A stretch of 64,000 bases of DNA, taken from positions 16,058,001 to 16,122,000 of the forward strand of contig CM022675.1 of assembly GCA_012295275.1 (NCBI GenBank), in the 5' to 3' direction. The translations under genes were made by a program, and so were the position numbers. Origin of the DNA: Chrysomallon squamiferum. Its lineage: Eukaryota > Animalia > Mollusca. The notes below the pieces were generated by a model. That model was not told the origin of the DNA. It searched no databases and saw only the letters and a list, made by a program, of their open reading frames with translations. Below, in pieces: positions 59,769 to 64,000 of this stretch. Numbering within the stretch: the stretch's first letter is position 1; the number at the start of each line of letters is the position of its first letter.

Positions 59769-62700
59769 ATGGAGTCTGCTACCTTAAAACAACAGTTTGA
59801 GATTTTGCAGGAACAGCAGCAGAAGAAGTTAGCGCGACGCAAACAGAAAAATGAGGAGAAGGAAAAAGAAAAAGAAAATTCATCCAAAACATTCGGTGTT
59901 GAAGACAGCCTTAATTTAAAAGTATATCTCTTAATAAAAACAGTTTTTAATATGTTTACTTATTTAATAAGAAATATTTGTTAAAACATGCCAAATGACT
60001 GTCCTCTATTATTTTTAATGATGTCTGTTAATATAATGTTTAAAATCAGTTCTTGCTAATTAAAGTAATATTTTCAGTGCTTCTGATATACAAAAATACA
60101 GTTAATATGTGGCATGCTAAATGCTAAATAGCAACCATGAATAAATAAAGCTAAAATACAATTCTAAACTTTCTCAGAGTTAATATTTTTATTTCAATTT
60201 AAAACAATCATAACCTTGCAGGGTGCTGTTATGACTTTGACTTTGACCAGACTAACAAAGCTGAGGGCCACAGTTTTAATGAATTCTCTACATTGAAAAT
60301 AATGTTTGTGATAAAATGTGTTGCTATTTTATGAAATATAGACCCCAAAATTATAGAGTAAAACATTAAGGAAAGTTTAAATTCATTTTGCAATACAAAT
60401 AAAATGTTGTAAAATTGTAAAACTGATGATCTGAACTGGTCAGATTATTGTGGAGAAATCAGCTGACCATATCACCCCAGTTGTAGTGACCATGTCTTGT
60501 ATTCTGTGTTATTAGTAGCTATGTTACATATACATATTGATTTTGTTACCTTCATGTTTTTTAATAAATATTATTTTACTATGTTTATTTAATTGTTTTC
60601 AGCTTGCGGATCCACCCACATCATGTAGTTACCTGTCACAAGAGTTGGTTGATCACCTTAACGATCAAATCAGAGTGAGTTGATATTTTGACCAAACTTT
60701 TTACTTTCCTTAAGTTTCAGATAAGATTTTCACTTCTGCTTCTGAACAAATCAGATTTTCAAGTAATCTTTCTTAACAAACATCAGAAAATATTGTTATA
60801 ATTTATTTTGTTTTTATTCTTATGTTTCTTCGATGACTCACAAACATTCTCATGAATTTTTTTTTTTTTTTAATTTTCTTCCATGACCTTTATTATTTCT
60901 GTTTTTTCATAATAACTGCTTCCAAGAATTCATTTGTGAAACAAATAATTTTAAACTGATGTCTGAAATGTATGTGACACACTAATATGTATGTTTATAT
61001 ACACACACATACATGTATGAGTTGCTGTGGAAGCAGACCTGACCAATATGTACATGTAAATATTACAGTAATGCACTTAAAAAGTAATAACTCTATTGTT
61101 TCTGGTTTAATACAACCCAAAATTGAGAATGTATTTTAAATTAGGATTTTTAAAATGTTATTTTAGGAAATCAAAGATGAAAATGGCCGGCTGTACAAGC
61201 TGTTGAGTGAAAGAGATTTTGAAATTAGACATCTGAAGAAAAAACGAGAGGAAGAAAAATCATTAGGGGTGATTTGTATTTAATTCAGATTTGTATTTAG
61301 TTCAGAATTGTATTTAATTCACAAACAAGATAATAAGAGATGATTCCAGATTTGTATTTAATTCACAAACAAGATAATAAGAGATGATTCCAGATTTGTA
61401 TTTAATTCACAAACAATTTAATTATTAAAATCTTTGTCAAAGAGAAGTTAATAAAGGATGATTCCAGATTTTTATTTAATTCTGAATTTTAACCCATGAA
61501 GGTAAAAGGTTCACCTGTGCATGTTGTACAGTTTACCTGGGAAACCCCCACTAAAAGTAACAAATGTAGATAGATTAATATAGAAAAGAGATTTTTCGGA
61601 AATAAAAAACATCATCTAACCTATTTTCTGAAATAAATACACTCCTGATCTAACATTAATAGATACAGTTTGCAGCATGTTGTTGAATTAAACTAAAGTA
61701 AGTTCATAATTAAGTCAAACTTTTCCTAGTGAGTATCAACTTTACTTATCTCCCTTTGTATGGAAATATACATGTAATACATTACACTGATATTGTTTTG
61801 TATGTGAAATCTGTTTATAAAAATTGTTCTTCTGATAGTTTCTGAACAAGTTAAAATGAACAAAACTTTGAATATTTAATTTATTGCAGTGTTTGTTTTG
61901 TTATTATCGTCTATACAGAAAACATCGTTTTTAATTTGTTTTATTGATTATCGTTGCATTACATTTTTATTTTTAGTATTTAGGTTACCTTCAAAACTAA
62001 ATAAAAAGAACACTGTAGTTTGAGAACTACAGATAAATAATTAATTGTTGTTAGAATTGGATTAAGAATAACATCAAATAAACAAAAACAGAACCATCAC
62101 TATTTGAGATAAAACATTGTTTTTTTAATTGTGATAATTTGTTTGTTTCAGGTATGCAGGTTACTAACGAGACTGCTGCTACTAAAATAATTGAATTATC
62201 AAAGAAGGTTCGAGAACTGACGGCAGAACTGGAGAGTGAAAAAACTCGCGTGAAGCAGTCACAGAAAAAATATCATGATCTTCAGCTACAGGTATTTTAT
62301 CTCACCTGAACCAAAAAACACCCATAATAATAATAATAATAAATCAGAGATTAAATAAATAAAAATAAATATGTAACAGTTATATTTAATCAGATGTTAA
62401 ATAAATAAATAAAAATATATAACAATTACATGTAATCACAGATCAAATAAATAAATAAAAATATATAACAATTACATGTAATCACAGATCAAATAAATAA
62501 ATAAAAATATATATATAATTACATGTAATCACAAATCAAATAAATAAATGAAAGTATATAACAATTATAGTTAATCAGATCAAATAAATAAATAAAAATA
62601 TATAACAATTATATTTAATCAGAGATTAAGTTTTAAGCTAATACTGTTGTCATAATTTTGAGATTCTGACAAGAAAAACAAAATCATGAATTTACCATGA

Positions 62701-63752
62701 TAAAGATTACTATTGCTATTTAGCTTATCATCTTTCATCGAACATGTTATGTTCTGTTTAAATTGTTGATGAAAGATAAAGAATAAAATAAATGGAAATT
62801 TCTTTTTTTTTTATCTGACAATCCAATATTTATGATAGCAGGAGAAAAGAAACAACTGGTTTCTGTCTTAAAGTATCAGTTTTAATCTGCTGAGGTTGAC
62901 TGTGAAATGTTAAAATATAAATAAATATGTTCACGTACATTATAAGTGTAAATAGTCCTGTCTTGTATAGTTATGTGTTTGTTTTTCTTATAGATAGAAA
63001 ACAGCAGTCAGAACTCAGTTGAGGGTCGTTCCATGCTGGGATCAACTATCAGTCTGCAGTCTCGATTCACAGACGACAAAGTAAGACTGTTAAAACTTTA
63101 ATAACAAGATAATCATATTAGTATAGAATGACAAAGTACAACTGTTAAAACTCAAATAACAAGATAACCGTATTAATATAGAATGACAAAGTAAAACTGT
63201 TAAAACTCGAATAACAAGATAACGTATTTGACAATAAAACTGTTAAAACTTTAATAACAAGATAACGTATTAGTATAGAATGACAAAGTATAACTGTTAA
63301 AACTCTAATAACAAGATAACGTATTAGTATAGAATGACATTTGTTAAAACTACTTTAATAACAAAATAACCTTATTTGTATAGAATGATGAGGTTAAATT
63401 GTTAAAACTTTACTTTGATAACAAGATAACTTTATTAGTAAAGAATGATAGTTAAATTGTTAATACTTTACTCTAATAACTTTATTAGTATAGAATGATG
63501 AGTTTAAATTGTTATAACATTATAAGTAAATTTGTTATATTTGTCATAATGAAATCGACATTTGAATAAAATCTCTCTCTCTCTATCTCTCTATCTCTCT
63601 CTCTCTCTCTGTTTTTCTGTTATCTAAAATAGCTATATAAAAAAATAAAATCTTTATCATTGTTAAAAATAGTATTGTTACACTTTAAAAAAAGAAACTT
63701 GAAAATGTTTTATAAATAAATTGTGCAGCTGAGACGAGTAAAGACTGTTGTG
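59769..63752 (+). CDS. CCDC13: Coiled-coil domain-containing protein 13, 5' part (continues beyond the window)
   Basis: Exons 59769-59921, 60603-60674, 61167-61268, 62152/62160-62291, 62994-63080, and microexon 63729-63752. Candidate 5'UTR exon ending 58363 (TAG|GTGAGT); acceptor at 59747. Peptides LKQQFEILQEQQQKKL, DENGRLYKLLSERDFEIRHLKKK and ATKIIELSKKVRELTAELESEKTRVKQ match CCDC13 from memory. Confidence 0.85.
61271..61482. repeat. Short repeats (gatttgtatttaattca, plus a 42-bp unit) starting at the CCDC13 donor
   Basis: Directly visible. The first unit overlaps the donor GTGATT at 61269. Confidence 0.75.
62340..62628. repeat. ~44-46-bp AT-rich minisatellite, ~6 copies
   Basis: aatcacagatcaaataaataaataaaaatatataacaattacatgt units. 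Confidence 0.8.
63075..63515. repeat. ~55-bp minisatellite (~8 copies) copying the CCDC13 donor at 63080/63081
   Basis: Unit gacaaa|gta.aactgttaaaactttaataacaagataacgtattagtatagaat. The first copy contains the real donor AAA|GTAAGA. Confidence 0.88.
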
Positions 63753-64000
63753 GTAAGTTAACAAACCAAGCTTGTCTTTATACTTTTCACTTCAAGAATA
63801 TTTTCTTTTAAAATAGATTCACAAAACTAATATTGTTAATTTGACTTTTACTCTCACAGTAGATAAACAATATCTGAGTCAACTTTATGTTTTATAATTT
63901 AGAGCAGTAAGCCCATATTTTAGTTTGAAATGTTTATCATTTTTTTTGGTTTAATTTAAAACTTATAAATACAAAATTAGATAACAGAGCTTTCTCTCTT

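Overview
Eukaryotic, very AT-rich, microsatellite-dense animal DNA. Repeat content and gene style suggest a lophotrochozoan, possibly a gastropod mollusc (inference only). Six genes can be assembled by hand from GT-AG exons: (1) a 14-exon LIV-1 family zinc transporter, ZIP12/ZIP4-like (minus, ~686 aa); (2) RSU1 (minus, 9 exons, 273 aa), head-to-head with (3) CIAO1 (plus, 3 coding exons, 333 aa); (4) a single-coding-exon ~1317-aa disordered orphan protein (minus); (5) an MPPED1/2-like metallophosphoesterase (minus) with an apparent frameshift, head-to-head with (6) the 5' part of CCDC13 (plus). The most striking non-genic signals are a recurrent class of intronic minisatellites whose repeat unit is a copy of the adjacent splice junction, seen in four genes, and a ~295-bp TA-flanked MITE that resembles mammalian Tigger4/MER46 (Zombi). 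Also present are a V-SINE-like element, a near-perfect 89-bp palindrome and several local duplications in the ZIP locus. Most short ORFs in the supplied track are microsatellite artefacts. Family assignments come from remembered motifs, not from database searches.
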